Origin: Limisphaerales bacterium
GTDB taxonomy: Bacteria > Patescibacteriota > Microgenomatia > UBA1400 > PJMF01
Direction: 5' to 3'
DNA length: 64,000 nt
Assembly (NCBI GenBank): GCA_044350895.1
Contig: JBILGT010000002.1
Location: 36,554 to 100,553 of the forward strand
A model generated the notes under the pieces. That model did not search any database. It saw nothing but the letters and a program-made list of their open reading frames with translations, and was not told the origin of the DNA. Made by a program: the position numbers and the translations under genes. This document shows, in pieces, positions 27,606-38,151 of this stretch (position 1 is its first letter; each line of letters opens with the position of its first letter).

Positions 27606-30600
27606 ATGGCATCCGATACTCAACCTCGGCAGATTGTTTTTGTGGCTGGAACTACTACTTCAGTAGATGAGTATCCTGTTGATGTAGACCACATAAAACA
27701 AATTGGTTTTTACTCCTCTGATGATTTTATTCAGTTTAAAGATCTCTTTTTAGAGCTCATCAATTCTCTCCATCTTAATGATCAAGGTATTTACGAACTA
27801 TATCCCGGTCAAGAAATCAAACAGATTCGCATTACATATCAAAAGGATGGCGGAAATTTTCAAAAAGTTTCACTTCGCACTACCGATGGATTACCTGGTG
27901 ACCCAGGAATACCAGAAAAACGGGAACGACTTTTCTTCTGTGACTTTGTCTATATTTCACTCGGCATCGCCAAAATCCTTCGAAAGAACTATCCCAAATC
28001 TACTGAAACACTGAAAGACTATACCGACAGCTTCGATATTGAGAAACAAATTAAAGAATGGGGAGCTGCTGGAGAGAAGCAGTATCTTTCCCAACGAGCA
28101 CTGCAGTGGGAAACTCCAGCAATCAAAGAGTTGCTTACTGAAATTTTTACGGCGTTTCAAGATATCACTGTAGAACTTAAAAAAGAGCCTGTCCAAGAAC
28201 CACCAGCTGAGGAATCAGGTGAACGACGCGCTACAGAAGCTGATGCTCTACTTGTCTTACCAGAAGTTTTGACTGCAGGAGTCACTCCAACTGTAGATGG
28301 TGGTGGCGATACAGCTGATACTACTAGCACACCTACTAGCACAAGAACTGAATCAATTGAAGATGAATCAAGCTACGTAACAGCGCGACAATTTGTTTTG
28401 GGGTTTGCGAGAACAACATTGATTGACGATGTCTTGAGGCGCAGTGGTCTAGATCCTGATTCTTTACCGCCTGAACTTCGAGGGCGATATGATGAGCTCT
28501 TCAGAATTCTTGAAACAGAACTAACTATTGTGCTGAGAAATCTTTCTGATGAAGAACGAGAACGACTTGCTTCTGGCGATGTGAGTCAAAAAATTTCCGT
28601 CTACTATTTACTACTCCGCCAATTATCAGGTAGTCCATCAGCACGTTTTTATGAGTTGTTTGTAGAATTTTATGAAACAGAAGTCACACATCTAGTTGAG
28701 AACCAACAAACAGAAGCGGCCCAACAACTTGTGACCGCAGTAACTGCCCAGTTTAGCGAAGTAGCACAAGAAATTCCTGAGCTTCAAAGAATTCATGATA
28801 ATTTACTAGCCTGGGAGCGTGAAATTTTGAGTGCAGCTCCAGTTGCAGCAACAACTGCTGAGACTGATGATGAAATCGAAACACCAGCTACTATTGTAGA
28901 AGCAACTGATGAAGTTGAAATACAGATCTCTCGCCTCCCCGATCCGCCAGTTATCATTCCAACGTTCCAAGCGCAAGTCAGTGCGCTTCCTCAAGTCCAA
29001 CAACTTACACAAAACGAGCAGGCCAGCATCCCCAATCGTTCTGGCCACGTTATTTGGGGAGCAATGGCTGAACTATTTTCAGAGGAAGATCTTCGTCGAA
29101 ATAATATTCCACCAGAGCTTTTTAACGCTGTTTCTCAGACTGCTTATGAATACCTCAATGGACTTTCTGCGCAGGAACTTAAAAAACTTGCAAAATCACC
29201 AAGTAGTTTAATTCGTCATATAAAAAATGTTTCTGTCAGACTACAAACTGATGCTGTTTTTAGTGAAACATACGGACAATACAAGTTATCCTATGCTACA
29301 CCAGCAATTAATCGTACCGAGCGAATTGAAGTTGAGACACAGTGGGCTTCTGAGAATTTGAAATACGAACTTTTCAGTGCCCACGACATTACGACATCAT
29401 TACTCAACCAATCTGCAAAATTAACCAGTGAGTATCGTGATGTTGAACAGAATCTTGAAGCAAAAGTTTATGGTATTTTCCTTACATTTAGTACTGATTA
29501 TCTCCAACTTTTATACTTCAATCCCAACGAGCGACGTACCTTAATCATTCGAATACAAAACACACTCAATGCTGATCCTCAGTTTTTAAGAGAATTAAGT
29601 GAGTTTTACAACGAACTAATTGTCTATTTTGCTGAACAACAAAGACTTGAGGAACGTGAAGACCTTGTTGAGAGTTTAAAAAGTACTAATCACTCATTTT
29701 TACAAGAAGAAGGCACTTTTCGCTATATTGTCAGTGATGTTCAACTATCAGATTCACACAAATTATTTATTGAGCAGTTAAAAAAGAGCTTAAACACTGA
29801 CTCCCCGCCAATCTTGCAAAACACTGCAAATGTGCTCGACGCCCTGATCATTGCACATGGAATCGAAGAAACTAACCGTCTTATTCAAGGGGTAAGTCCA
29901 CAACTACTAGAAATGACGTTTGGATTACCCACAGGGATCATTACTGATGACAACCATCGGTCGATTAGAGAAATTTTGGGTAACTACATAACTGTTCGTG
30001 TTTTCAACCTTGCACCAGGTGAAATTGCCGATCACAGAGCCCTATTAGTACCAGGTCAGACTACTATTCCTACAAATGCCACTAGTTTGCAGAAACACTT
30101 GGGACCAGTACATAATCTTGCAAAAATAATTACTGAAGATGGTTCTGAAAAAACGACTCTTGCACTACAAGGCGGAGTTAAGAAAAGAATTGATGCATTA
30201 GAAAAGGTTTTGGGACAAAAGTGGAGAAACTTAGGACTTGAGGAACGTGCAGCAGTTTACTTGTACTTTGATAAACCGTTTGATGCTTCACTTAAGCAAC
30301 GTCTAAAAAGTAAGTCAGCAGATTTGGAAGCTGACAAGCATATTTTAGGCGTCTTCATAGAATTTGCAGGTTTTAACGATCGATTATTGCCAGAGCTTGT
30401 CACTGATGCTCGGCTTAATGGATTTCAAAGATTAACTGGTGGAATCCCTGTTGAGACTAAATCGGGTGATGATATTACTGAGTTTTACAAAATCACCCGT
30501 CAAGCTGAAATACTTGAGCTTGAAGTTTCACTACTCGTACTAGACGAACTTTCAGCATTAGAGCGGGAACAACTTGCAGCACAGTACCAGATGTCTGCTG

Positions 30601-32447
30601 CGCAGCTTGAAGCTGCTTACCTCACCGCAATCACTACCAATCAAGGAATGCACTCACTTCCCGGGCCAGATGAGATCACACAAGTTGGAGGTGATCAACA
30701 ACCCGCCCAGCCTGGACAAAACTTGCCTGAGAGTACTACCAGAAGCCCACTCAGAGAGCGACTGAAAAATGGACTCAGAAAAAAAGCCACAGGAGAAATA
30801 ACTAAGAGACTTGGTGCAGCAACTGCCGAAAAAGCCCTTTTTGGTCTTGGAGGCAAACTGGCTGGTTTGGCATCTGGGGTTGGTGCTGCAATTGCTGCAG
30901 CTGCATTGATTAAGGACGTTCTCACTGAACTTTGGAATAACGAGGGCTTACGAAATCTACTCGCTGGGGCATTAACTGTCGGTTCAGCAATTTTGCTTAA
31001 TATTCTTGGAAATGTGGCGGGACTTTTAACTTTTGCTGCAATAAGTTTTGTGGGAGGATTTTCTATCCCCGCTCTCTTAGCTGGATTAGCTGCTGGTCAA
31101 GCAGCAGCCATGGCAGCACCTTGGGCACGCTGGTTTTCACAACCACGCACACCACCAAACCCATTTGGTTTCTCAACTGGTAGTGAGCAGTCAGCATCAG
31201 GAACTCCATCATTAGCTCAAATGCGTGGAAAAGCTCCTGGGGCGACTCCCCAATCGTCCATTTCACCTACTCCAGAATCAACCACAGCGACTGCAAATAG
31301 TGGAGTAACACCAGATGGTTCAAATGCTTCTGTTTCTGCTACAACCCAATATAGTACAACTTCAACAACAGCCGCTACTGCTTCTGGATTGTCTCAACTT
31401 GCTGCTATACCTATTGCTATTCTGGCTCCAACAATGGGAATTTTCACCGTTTTCATATCAACAATATTGGTTGTCACTGTTATTGCAGGAGCATTTTTAG
31501 TACCAGTTCCTACAAAACCAAATTCTCGCAAGGTAATTGATGGACTTGGACAACAGTCCAGTTCCAAATACGTCACTATCACAAAAACTCCTTCAATTGG
31601 AGCTACAAAAGGAGAAATTCAAAATAGAACAGATGTTCCTGTTACGTACACAATTACTGTTGAACCAAAGCCAGGATATTCAATAAAAGTTACTGGCGTA
31701 AAAGATGAATTTTCTGGAATTGGTGGGCAAACAACAGACCTGCAATCAAAACTTGATTTTTCAAAATTCCCCAGTGAACCAATCAAGGACTCTTCATTTT
31801 CAACAAGCTATACGGTCAATACAGGCACCAATTTGATTGATGCACTTATAATGAATGCTGTTACAGCAACCTTTGATGTATACGATTACACTGGGTACGT
31901 AATTGAAACGGGTGAAACATATACCGCAACAGCAACTATTTATATTGGTAATCCAAAAGTAGGCTGTTGGCCAACTAGTGGTGGTGTATGGCAACTGCCT
32001 GGTGGTAGCTTCAGTCATAGCAGATTGGATGCATACGACATTGGAAATGAAATTGGAACTCCTGTGTATGCGCCATTCCCTGGAGAAGTATGTGATAAAG
32101 GATATGACACTGCAGCAAGCGGTGGATATGGGCTCCACGCCAGTTTGAAGTTCAACCTAGGTGGCGGAGATCTCGTCCTATTTTTTGGTCACTTTGTTAA
32201 AAGTCCAAAAGATTTAATTGAAGGACTTGATGCCCGCGGATGTAAGACTGTTAATGCTGGAACACTCATAGGACTGATGGATGACACAGGTTTTTCCACA
32301 GCATCTCACTTACATTACGAACTGAGACCAAATACAATTGGGGTGAAGCTCAAAGATTTGCATCCAGATGGTCAACAGGTTATTAATTCATTCAACAGTG
32401 GAAAAAGGCCAGTGATCGTCCGAGACTGTTTTGGAGGAACAAAATAA
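27606..32447 (+). CDS. Very large membrane-anchored protein with C-terminal M23 metallopeptidase domain
   Basis: SHSRLDAYDIG, GTPVYAPFPG, GYG, FGH, G.MDDTGFSTASHLHYE; hydrophobic segments and an Ig-like beta region before it. Confidence 0.8.
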   Translation: MASDTQPRQIVFVAGTTTSVDEYPVDVDHIKQIGFYSSDDFIQFKDLFLELINSLHLNDQGIYELYPGQEIKQIRITYQKDGGNFQKVSLRTTDGLPGDPGIPEKRERLFFCDFVYISLGIAKILRKNYPKSTETLKDYTDSFDIEKQIKEWGAAGEKQYLSQRALQWETPAIKELLTEIFTAFQDITVELKKEPVQEPPAEESGERRATEADALLVLPEVLTAGVTPTVDGGGDTADTTSTPTSTRTESIEDESSYVTARQFVLGFARTTLIDDVLRRSGLDPDSLPPELRGRYDELFRILETELTIVLRNLSDEERERLASGDVSQKISVYYLLLRQLSGSPSARFYELFVEFYETEVTHLVENQQTEAAQQLVTAVTAQFSEVAQEIPELQRIHDNLLAWEREILSAAPVAATTAETDDEIETPATIVEATDEVEIQISRLPDPPVIIPTFQAQVSALPQVQQLTQNEQASIPNRSGHVIWGAMAELFSEEDLRRNNIPPELFNAVSQTAYEYLNGLSAQELKKLAKSPSSLIRHIKNVSVRLQTDAVFSETYGQYKLSYATPAINRTERIEVETQWASENLKYELFSAHDITTSLLNQSAKLTSEYRDVEQNLEAKVYGIFLTFSTDYLQLLYFNPNERRTLIIRIQNTLNADPQFLRELSEFYNELIVYFAEQQRLEEREDLVESLKSTNHSFLQEEGTFRYIVSDVQLSDSHKLFIEQLKKSLNTDSPPILQNTANVLDALIIAHGIEETNRLIQGVSPQLLEMTFGLPTGIITDDNHRSIREILGNYITVRVFNLAPGEIADHRALLVPGQTTIPTNATSLQKHLGPVHNLAKIITEDGSEKTTLALQGGVKKRIDALEKVLGQKWRNLGLEERAAVYLYFDKPFDASLKQRLKSKSADLEADKHILGVFIEFAGFNDRLLPELVTDARLNGFQRLTGGIPVETKSGDDITEFYKITRQAEILELEVSLLVLDELSALEREQLAAQYQMSAAQLEAAYLTAITTNQGMHSLPGPDEITQVGGDQQPAQPGQNLPESTTRSPLRERLKNGLRKKATGEITKRLGAATAEKALFGLGGKLAGLASGVGAAIAAAALIKDVLTELWNNEGLRNLLAGALTVGSAILLNILGNVAGLLTFAAISFVGGFSIPALLAGLAAGQAAAMAAPWARWFSQPRTPPNPFGFSTGSEQSASGTPSLAQMRGKAPGATPQSSISPTPESTTATANSGVTPDGSNASVSATTQYSTTSTTAATASGLSQLAAIPIAILAPTMGIFTVFISTILVVTVIAGAFLVPVPTKPNSRKVIDGLGQQSSSKYVTITKTPSIGATKGEIQNRTDVPVTYTITVEPKPGYSIKVTGVKDEFSGIGGQTTDLQSKLDFSKFPSEPIKDSSFSTSYTVNTGTNLIDALIMNAVTATFDVYDYTGYVIETGETYTATATIYIGNPKVGCWPTSGGVWQLPGGSFSHSRLDAYDIGNEIGTPVYAPFPGEVCDKGYDTAASGGYGLHASLKFNLGGGDLVLFFGHFVKSPKDLIEGLDARGCKTVNAGTLIGLMDDTGFSTASHLHYELRPNTIGVKLKDLHPDGQQVINSFNSGKRPVIVRDCFGGTK

Positions 32448-33451
32448 TGGAATACGTTATTCAAGAGCAACCCACTCAACAGTCCCCCAAATGGCTTCCA
32501 CGACTGGTTGTTATTGGCGTCATTGTCCTGGCTGTAGGATACTTGTTTCGTTGGCTCACTCCAGACGCCGCCCCCGCTCAGCCACTTTCTCAGTCGAACT
32601 ACGATAATTCACAAAGCACTTTTGAAAATATGGTGTTCACGGGTACTGCACCAGCAATTCCCAGCAAACTACCTGTTGCAACAGCAACTGAAGTGAAGCG
32701 AGTTAATCAGGAAGTGGAACTCACTCTTATTTCCAAACACCGACTGCAAGGTTTTGAAAAGTATACTGGAATCTGGATTGGACCTGAATACAACCTCACC
32801 CGAACAAGTAGTCCTGAACTATACGTTTTAACAAAAAAAGCCGTGGAAGATGCCACAGCTCTCGAAAGTGGTATTTCCACTGAGCAAGCGGTACGAAGTG
32901 CCACCAATTATGTATCAGAAGTTTTTAAGAATGAAAAGTTCGTTTCATTTCCCGATAGAATCCGTTATTTTGAAATTGGTGATCATCCACATCCTGAAAT
33001 AACAGAATCAGAAGAAAATGCAAATACTATCGAAATTTCTTTTGGCTATAAATACGGTCCCTACCCTGTTTTTTTTGACAAGGACTATACTTTTCCCGTC
33101 ACAATCATTGTTAATTCTGAATATGAGATACAAAAGATGACATTCCAACCATATTTTATGCAGTTTCAAGAAGGTCAAAACTTTTCAACGGTTACTATTC
33201 AGCAAGCACTCGGGAACATTATGGATGGAAAAGGAGCGCTCATTAAAAGTACCTACGACGGACACGGAAACCCATTATTGAGTGACATAACTAAAGGCAG
33301 TTTAAGTACTGTCTATGTTGAATATCGAGTTGATTCCGATTCAAAAACACTACTGCCCTACTATCGCTTTACTGGTCAACTGGAAAATAACGAAGGAATC
33401 ACCTTTTATGGTGAAGTGGTAACGCCAGCCATTCAAACAGAACAACAGTAA
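32447..33451 (+). CDS. Single-TM extracellular hypothetical protein
   Basis: N-terminal TM; translationally coupled to the M23 gene (TAATG); C-terminal LLPYYRFTG motif. Confidence 0.7.
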   Translation: MEYVIQEQPTQQSPKWLPRLVVIGVIVLAVGYLFRWLTPDAAPAQPLSQSNYDNSQSTFENMVFTGTAPAIPSKLPVATATEVKRVNQEVELTLISKHRLQGFEKYTGIWIGPEYNLTRTSSPELYVLTKKAVEDATALESGISTEQAVRSATNYVSEVFKNEKFVSFPDRIRYFEIGDHPHPEITESEENANTIEISFGYKYGPYPVFFDKDYTFPVTIIVNSEYEIQKMTFQPYFMQFQEGQNFSTVTIQQALGNIMDGKGALIKSTYDGHGNPLLSDITKGSLSTVYVEYRVDSDSKTLLPYYRFTGQLENNEGITFYGEVVTPAIQTEQQ

Positions 33452-33502
33452 ATCATGATAAGATACTAAAGAAAAGAATCGTGAACTTCATGTTTGCCCA
33501 TC

Positions 33503-34684
33503 ATGAAAGAACATCCAATACCACAAGATATTACTAGCTATCGCTTTCACATTGTTGGAAGCATGACACTCAAACAATTTGGTGAAGTTGCAGGTGGTGT
33601 TGTTATCTGTTTTATACTCTATCAGACAAATCTTCCCGCAATCATCAAATGGCCACTCATTGCTATCCTTTTTGGAGGCGGACTTGCTGCAGCTTTTGTT
33701 CCTATTGAAGAGCGTCCCTTAAGTCACTGGATTGCAACATTTTTTAGTATTCTCTATAAACCAACACAATTTTTCTGGAAACGTGCCTACAACATTCCTG
33801 CTCCGTTTTTGTTTAAAGGTAATAGTGATAATATGCTGCAAATGCAGGAGCTCGACCTTACTCCTGCGCGACGGCAACGAATTAAAGAATTTATTTCTTC
33901 AACAGGAACAACCGAAACTGTCGGTGAGTTTACTAACGAAGAGCAATCTCGCATGTCCGATATTCTCAATATTTTCCAGACTCAAACAACGATTGGAGTT
34001 CGAGAAGAACATACTGAAGTCATTCATAAACCGAATCTCACTGTTCGAGTACGAAGCATGCGGCAATTTGAAATTCCTAGTGAAGAAGTTGAAAAAGAAC
34101 ATTTTACAGTAAATTCGCTTGATAGTGTAGAAAATTTGGACTCTACAATTGTTTTACAAACTGACGAACCTACAAGTAGCTCATACAAAAAGAACAGCTA
34201 CCTCGAGTCACAACAAGTTGCACAGGGGCTTGAAATTCCCGAAATTCAACCTGTTGATCTTGGCATAAAGAACACTCCAGAAGAAGTATCAGCACTGATT
34301 CAACAACAAAACATCAATCCTACAGAACGTGCATACCTAGAAGACACACAGCCACATTTCAAAATAGAAAGTGCTTCTGAATCTGTTCATTTTAACAATC
34401 AGCTTCCCTTTCCCAGTCAACCAACTGTTGCAAATAAACTGGTCGGTATGGTTCTCACTCCAAATAATGATTTGGTCCCAGGAGCAATTGTAGAGATAAA
34501 AACTGCAAATGGACACGTATCAAGAGCAGTAAAAACTAATGCATTGGGACAGTTTTTCATTACTACACCGCTTAATAATGGCGACTACGTTGTGTCAGTA
34601 GAAAAAGAAGGACAGACATTTAGACCAGTTTCAATTCAATTAGTTGGTAAAATCGTAGAACCTTTGGAAATCCGGAGTAGCTAA
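33503..34684 (+). CDS. PrgI (VirB3-like) family protein with C-terminal carboxypeptidase-regulatory-like Ig domain
   Basis: HPIPQDITSYRFHIVGSMTLKQF, two TM, ERPL..W; C-terminal GAIVEI..RAVKTNALGQF..G.Y. Confidence 0.8.
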   Translation: MKEHPIPQDITSYRFHIVGSMTLKQFGEVAGGVVICFILYQTNLPAIIKWPLIAILFGGGLAAAFVPIEERPLSHWIATFFSILYKPTQFFWKRAYNIPAPFLFKGNSDNMLQMQELDLTPARRQRIKEFISSTGTTETVGEFTNEEQSRMSDILNIFQTQTTIGVREEHTEVIHKPNLTVRVRSMRQFEIPSEEVEKEHFTVNSLDSVENLDSTIVLQTDEPTSSSYKKNSYLESQQVAQGLEIPEIQPVDLGIKNTPEEVSALIQQQNINPTERAYLEDTQPHFKIESASESVHFNNQLPFPSQPTVANKLVGMVLTPNNDLVPGAIVEIKTANGHVSRAVKTNALGQFFITTPLNNGDYVVSVEKEGQTFRPVSIQLVGKIVEPLEIRSS

Positions 34685-34726
34685 TTGCGACAGCTTCCAA
34701 AAGAAGCTACCATTAAAAAGCAACAT

Positions 34727-35923
34727 ATGGCAGATATTATTCAATCAACAACACAACAATTCTTGGATATTTACGATATCACCAACAACTTTGTGGTAAT
34801 GAAAGACGGCACTGTATCGACAATATTAACTGTTGATGCAATGAATTTTGGTCTTTTAGCAGAAGAAGAACAAGATGCCATCATGTACGCCTACGCAGGA
34901 CTGCTCAACTCACTCAACTACTCTGTTCAAATCATTATTAACTCTAGAACAAAAGACGTTACGTCATACTTAAAAGTGCTGCAGGAACAGGAAACTACTG
35001 CAGAGACCGAGACACTCCGTCGGCGCATCAGAATGTACCGGGAGTTTGTCGGCAACTTAATTCATGAAAGAAATGTTTTGGATAAAAAGTTCTATGTTGT
35101 CATTCCTGCCGCAGCCGTTGAAATGGGATTTTTAGCTCCAGCAAGTGTGTTACCTGGAAAAACCAATGCGTTTGATATCAGTTCAATTGAGCGTTCTGTC
35201 ATAATTGAAAAAGCTAGAAATCTGCTTGACCCTAAGCGAGACCACCTCATTGCGCAGTTTGCACGTATTGGATTGTTTTCAAGACAGCTTTCAACGCAGG
35301 AAATTATTCAACTGTTCTATGTTCGATACAACCCAGAAGCGGTTGAAGGTCAGCAAATTGGTGAAAGTAGTAGTTATACCACTCCGCTTGTAAAAGCGAG
35401 TATACAGGGAAATTTTATGAATACCCCGACACAAACGGTACCACAACCTCAAGCTATACCTGAGGTGCAAGCTTCGCTTGACCCAGTTGTCACACAATCA
35501 ATGCCAGAGATGAGCATGCAACCAGCACATCTTGAACCAGTTCCAGAAATTCATATTGCTGCTGTTGCTCCTGAAACTGTTGCAGCTCCATTTACACCTA
35601 CAGAACCACCGGCTGCACCAGTCATGCCACCAATGGCAACTATGCCGCAAATGTCTCAACCACCAGCAATTGAGACACCCATTTCTCCAGTAGTTTCACA
35701 ACCACCAGTGGTAAATACACCACCTATGCAAACTATTGAGATTCCAGCTGCAACTCCACCTGTACCAGAGAACACACTAGCCAGCACTGGAAGTCTCCCG
35801 TCCGAAGCTGAAGTACAAGCTGATTTAAATACAACACTACAGTCTCTGGGGACCACACCAGATATAACCAGTGTTCCACCAACCCAACCAGCGGCTGATC
35901 TGCCACCGCTGCCAGAGATTTAA
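34727..35923 (+). CDS. TraC/VirB4 N-terminal-like protein with Pro-rich tail
   Basis: STTQQFLDIYDI, VDAMNFGLLAEEEQDAI..Y..LLNSL, VLDKKFYVVIP, L.TQEIIQLFY; no Walker A. Confidence 0.7.
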   Translation: MADIIQSTTQQFLDIYDITNNFVVMKDGTVSTILTVDAMNFGLLAEEEQDAIMYAYAGLLNSLNYSVQIIINSRTKDVTSYLKVLQEQETTAETETLRRRIRMYREFVGNLIHERNVLDKKFYVVIPAAAVEMGFLAPASVLPGKTNAFDISSIERSVIIEKARNLLDPKRDHLIAQFARIGLFSRQLSTQEIIQLFYVRYNPEAVEGQQIGESSSYTTPLVKASIQGNFMNTPTQTVPQPQAIPEVQASLDPVVTQSMPEMSMQPAHLEPVPEIHIAAVAPETVAAPFTPTEPPAAPVMPPMATMPQMSQPPAIETPISPVVSQPPVVNTPPMQTIEIPAATPPVPENTLASTGSLPSEAEVQADLNTTLQSLGTTPDITSVPPTQPAADLPPLPEI

Positions 35924-35984
35924 AATGACTTTTTTAATAAAGCCACTTTTACTCTGAGGTAAAATACAAGTACAATAGAAACCA

Positions 35985-38048
35985 ATGCCCAGTTTATCGT
36001 CGTTACTTCCAACGCTTCCGTTTCCATTTGGCCAAAAGAAAAAGCCTGAGAATTCGCCATCACCAGAGGAGCTGCAGGAACAGAAAAACTTGGAAAAGTT
36101 ACAACAGTTTTCTCGAGGCCTAGTTACTATCCAAGATATCATTGCTCCTGAAGCTATTGAGGTTGATTTTACGTATCAGAAAATCAACTCTACCTATACT
36201 AGAACTCTGTTTGTAGCTGGCTATCCCCGAACTGTCCCAGCCAACTGGCTCGCGCCACTCATCAACTACCCACATCAGATTACAACTTCAATGTTTATCT
36301 TTCCGGTAGATTCAGCTGAGATTCTCGATAACCTCAAACGCAAAATCACTGAAATGGAAGCTGAAATTCAATCAGATTTACGTGCAGGTAAGATTTCAAA
36401 CATTAATACCGAAGTTAAACTAGAAGACGCACGATTCATTCGCGAAGAACTAGCAAAAGGTGCGGAGCGGTTTTATCAATTTGGTCTGTATGTCACTATT
36501 CAAGCCAAAGATAAAGAAGAACTCGATAAGATCACTAAAAGCATTCAATCAACACTCGGTTCTCTCTTAATCGTATCCAAGAAAGCTACGCTGCAAATGG
36601 ATGAGGGATTTAAGACAACGTTACCAATGGGAGTTGATAAGTTGCTCGTCACTCGAAATATGGATACCACGTCACTCGCAACAACATTCCCGTTTACTTC
36701 ATCTGAACTTACGATGGAAACAGGCATTATGTACGGCATTAATGAGCATAATGACTCGCTCGTTATCTTTGACCGTTTCAAGATGGAAAACGCCAACATG
36801 GTTATCTTTGCTAAGTCAGGTGCTGGAAAATCTTACACCGTCAAACTAGAGATTTTGCGCCAGCTTATGTTTGGTGCTGAAGTGATTGTTATGGACCCTG
36901 AACATGAGTATGAAGATATGTCTGTAGCCGTAGCTGGAACGTACATTAATTTTACTTTTAATTCTGAAACAAAGATCAACCCTTTTGACCTCGCCAATCT
37001 CTATGAGGAAGGTGAAAATGAACTTGGGCAAAAAATTATTTCATTACATGGTCTTCTCAAAGTTATGTTGGGTGATATGACACCACAACAAGATGCTTTA
37101 CTCGACCGCGCCTTGGTAGCAGCTTATAAAGCTAAAGGCATTACTCCAGATCCAGCAACACAAGTCAACGAACCACCACTCATGGAAGATGTCTATAAAG
37201 CTTTGATTGGTATGGAAAATCGAGATGCTGATGATATTTCAGCCAGACTAGAAAAATTTATCACAGGTTCATTCCGAGGAATTTTCGATCAAAAATCAAA
37301 CATTGATATTAAAAGCCAATTAACGGTCTTTTCAGTTAAAGAAATGGAAGAAGAGATGCGTCCAATTGCGATGTACATCATCTTGGACTTTATCTGGACT
37401 CGTATTCGCAAAGACCTCAAGAAGCGCCTTCTTATTATTGATGAGGCCTGGTACTTTATGAAGCATCCTGATTCAGCTTCATTTATCTACTCAATGGTAA
37501 AGCGTGCTCGTAAATATTACTTGGGTATTACCACCATCACGCAAGATGTTGAAGACTTTTTGCACACAGATTACGGTAAAGCAATTGTGACAAACGCTTC
37601 CATCCAGTTTTTGATGAAGCAGTCTACAGCGTCAATTCCGGTTCTTGCAGAAACGTTCTATCTTTCACAAGGTGAACGACAACTGCTCGTCACAGCAGAT
37701 GTTGGTGAAGGAATTTTCTTTGCAGGGCAAAATCACGTTGCGCTTCGTGTTGTGGCTAGTGAAGAAGAACACACCTTAATTACAACCAACCCTGAAGAAG
37801 TACTACAAAACCGCCGTGTTGCAGAACAAACCAGAATTCAAGCTGCAACTGATTTGGCTGAGAAAAAACCATCATATCCGATGCCACCACGACAGCCTGC
37901 TCAAAGAGAACCAGCTGCACAAGCTGCAATGCCTGCCGTCTTAGTCAAAACAGCTGATACAACTTCTGCTGCTGCGACTGGTCGACCACAGTACATGCCA
38001 GATTCAATTGATAATTACAAACCACCTTCTAAACCAATCAAACAATAG
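35985..38048 (+). CDS. virB4: VirB4-family type IV secretion ATPase
   Basis: Walker A FAKSGAGKS, DPEHEY, INPFD, Walker B LIIDEAW, KRARKY, ITQD. Confidence 0.9.
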   Translation: MPSLSSLLPTLPFPFGQKKKPENSPSPEELQEQKNLEKLQQFSRGLVTIQDIIAPEAIEVDFTYQKINSTYTRTLFVAGYPRTVPANWLAPLINYPHQITTSMFIFPVDSAEILDNLKRKITEMEAEIQSDLRAGKISNINTEVKLEDARFIREELAKGAERFYQFGLYVTIQAKDKEELDKITKSIQSTLGSLLIVSKKATLQMDEGFKTTLPMGVDKLLVTRNMDTTSLATTFPFTSSELTMETGIMYGINEHNDSLVIFDRFKMENANMVIFAKSGAGKSYTVKLEILRQLMFGAEVIVMDPEHEYEDMSVAVAGTYINFTFNSETKINPFDLANLYEEGENELGQKIISLHGLLKVMLGDMTPQQDALLDRALVAAYKAKGITPDPATQVNEPPLMEDVYKALIGMENRDADDISARLEKFITGSFRGIFDQKSNIDIKSQLTVFSVKEMEEEMRPIAMYIILDFIWTRIRKDLKKRLLIIDEAWYFMKHPDSASFIYSMVKRARKYYLGITTITQDVEDFLHTDYGKAIVTNASIQFLMKQSTASIPVLAETFYLSQGERQLLVTADVGEGIFFAGQNHVALRVVASEEEHTLITTNPEEVLQNRRVAEQTRIQAATDLAEKKPSYPMPPRQPAQREPAAQAAMPAVLVKTADTTSAAATGRPQYMPDSIDNYKPPSKPIKQ

Positions 38049-38066
38049 CTTTTCCTACTTGCGTGC

Positions 38067-38087
38067 TGTGTAAAACACTGTGTATAA
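38067..38087. promoter_or_regulatory. Two DnaA boxes upstream of dnaA
   Basis: TGTGTAAAA (38067-38075) and TGTGTATAA (38079-38087) both match TTWTNCACA on the minus strand. Confidence 0.7.
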
Positions 38088-38151
38088 CTATGTGACTCGT
38101 CTAACGATTTAAGTAATCTGGGTCTAATTTTTCTCTGGAGATGTTCTTTTT

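Noticed and set aside
19729-38048. Integrative conjugative element
   Set aside because: No integrase, relaxase or att repeats seen; genes are interspersed with core genes next to oriC
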